Below the pieces are notes generated by a model, which saw only the letters and a list, made by a program, of their open reading frames with translations, made no database searches and was not told the DNA's origin. Positions 63,177 through 64,000 of a DNA stretch of 64,000 nucleotides are shown piece by piece (position 1 is the stretch's first letter; each line of letters begins with the position of its first letter). Origin of the DNA: Carcharhinus amblyrhynchos (Eukaryota); NCBI GenBank assembly GCA_965287045.1, contig OZ336887.1, positions 46,376,001 through 46,440,000 of the forward strand, in the 5' to 3' direction. Both the position numbers and the translations under genes were made by a program.

Positions 63177-64000
63177 TAAGAACATAAGAACATAAGAAAT
63201 AGGAGCAGGAGTAGGCCATCCAGCCCTTCGAGCCTGCCCCGCCATTCAATAAGATCATGGCTGATCTGTCGTGGCTCAGTTCCACATTCCCGCCCTCTCC
63301 CCACAACCTTTAATCCCCTCTCTTATCAAAAACCCATCAACCCGCGTCTTAAAAATATTTAGCGAGGTAACCTCCACCACTTCAACGGGCAGAGAATTCC
63401 AGAGATTCACCACCCTTTGAGTGAAGAAGTTCTTCCTCAACTCCGTTCTAAACCGCCCCCCCTTTATCTTGAGGCTGTGCCCCCTTGTCCTACTGTCCTT
63501 TCTGAGCGGGAAGAGTCTCTCCACCTCTATCCTAACCATCCCATTCATCATCTTATATGTCTCAATAAGATCTCCCCTCATTCTTCTCAACTCTAACGAG
63601 TACAAGCCTAGTTTATTCAGCCTCTCCTCATCGCTCAACCCCCTCAACTCCGGCATCAGCCTAGTAAACTTCCTCTGCACTCCCTCCAAGGCCAAAATAT
63701 CCTTGCGTAAGTACGGCGCCCAAAACTGCACACAGTACTCCAGCTGCGGCATCACCAATGCCCTATACAGCCGCAGCAAGACCTCTCTACTTTTATATTC
63801 AATCCCCCTTGCTATGAAGGCCAGCATCCCATTTGCCTTCCTGACCACCTGCTGCACCTGCAAGCTGGGTTTTTGCGACTCATGCACAAGGACCCCGAGG
63901 TCCCTCTGCACCGTCGCCTGCTGCAGTTTTGCGCCCCGTAAGTAATAATCCTTCCTACCATTATTCCTACCAAAGTGGACCACCTCGCACTTGCCAACAT
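63177..64000 (-). mobile_element. Young CR1 LINE (cut by window edge), inserted in an older CR1 3' end at ~63068-63176
   Basis: Uninterrupted ORF 63276-63983; (ttcttatg) tail; near-identical to 24441-25260. Confidence 0.95.

Overview
Vertebrate non-coding genomic DNA, very probably from a cartilaginous fish (shark or ray). This is inferred from the repeat content: many CR1 LINEs with (TTCTATG)n/(TTCTTATG)n/(TTCTTTG)n tails, HE1/V-domain SINEs, a Deu-domain SacSINE1-like SINE, Penelope-like, Rex1/Babar and RTE fragments, PIF/Harbinger relics with MITEs, and two related solo LTRs. Roughly half of the window is recognisable transposon. Nearly all long ORFs in the track are CR1 ORF1/ORF2 pieces or their antisense shadows. 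I cannot identify a host protein-coding gene; there is only a weak chain of candidate minus-strand small exons near 12.5-14.4 kb. The most unusual object is at 1538-2127: a head-to-tail dimer of a ~290-bp poly(A)-tailed unit. Each unit starts with the 5' end of U2 snRNA and carries a second internal U2-like stem-loop, and the dimer is inserted into a Deu-SINE. It is a candidate U2-headed SINE or non-autonomous partner of a U2-targeting LINE. Other notable structures are a 66-bp fold-back palindrome that destroys the endonuclease catalytic motif of a near full-length CR1, several nested insertions, and four Harbinger relics that keep an intron-containing Myb/SANT gene while the transposase core is lost. 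Family assignments are from recalled consensus motifs, not database searches.
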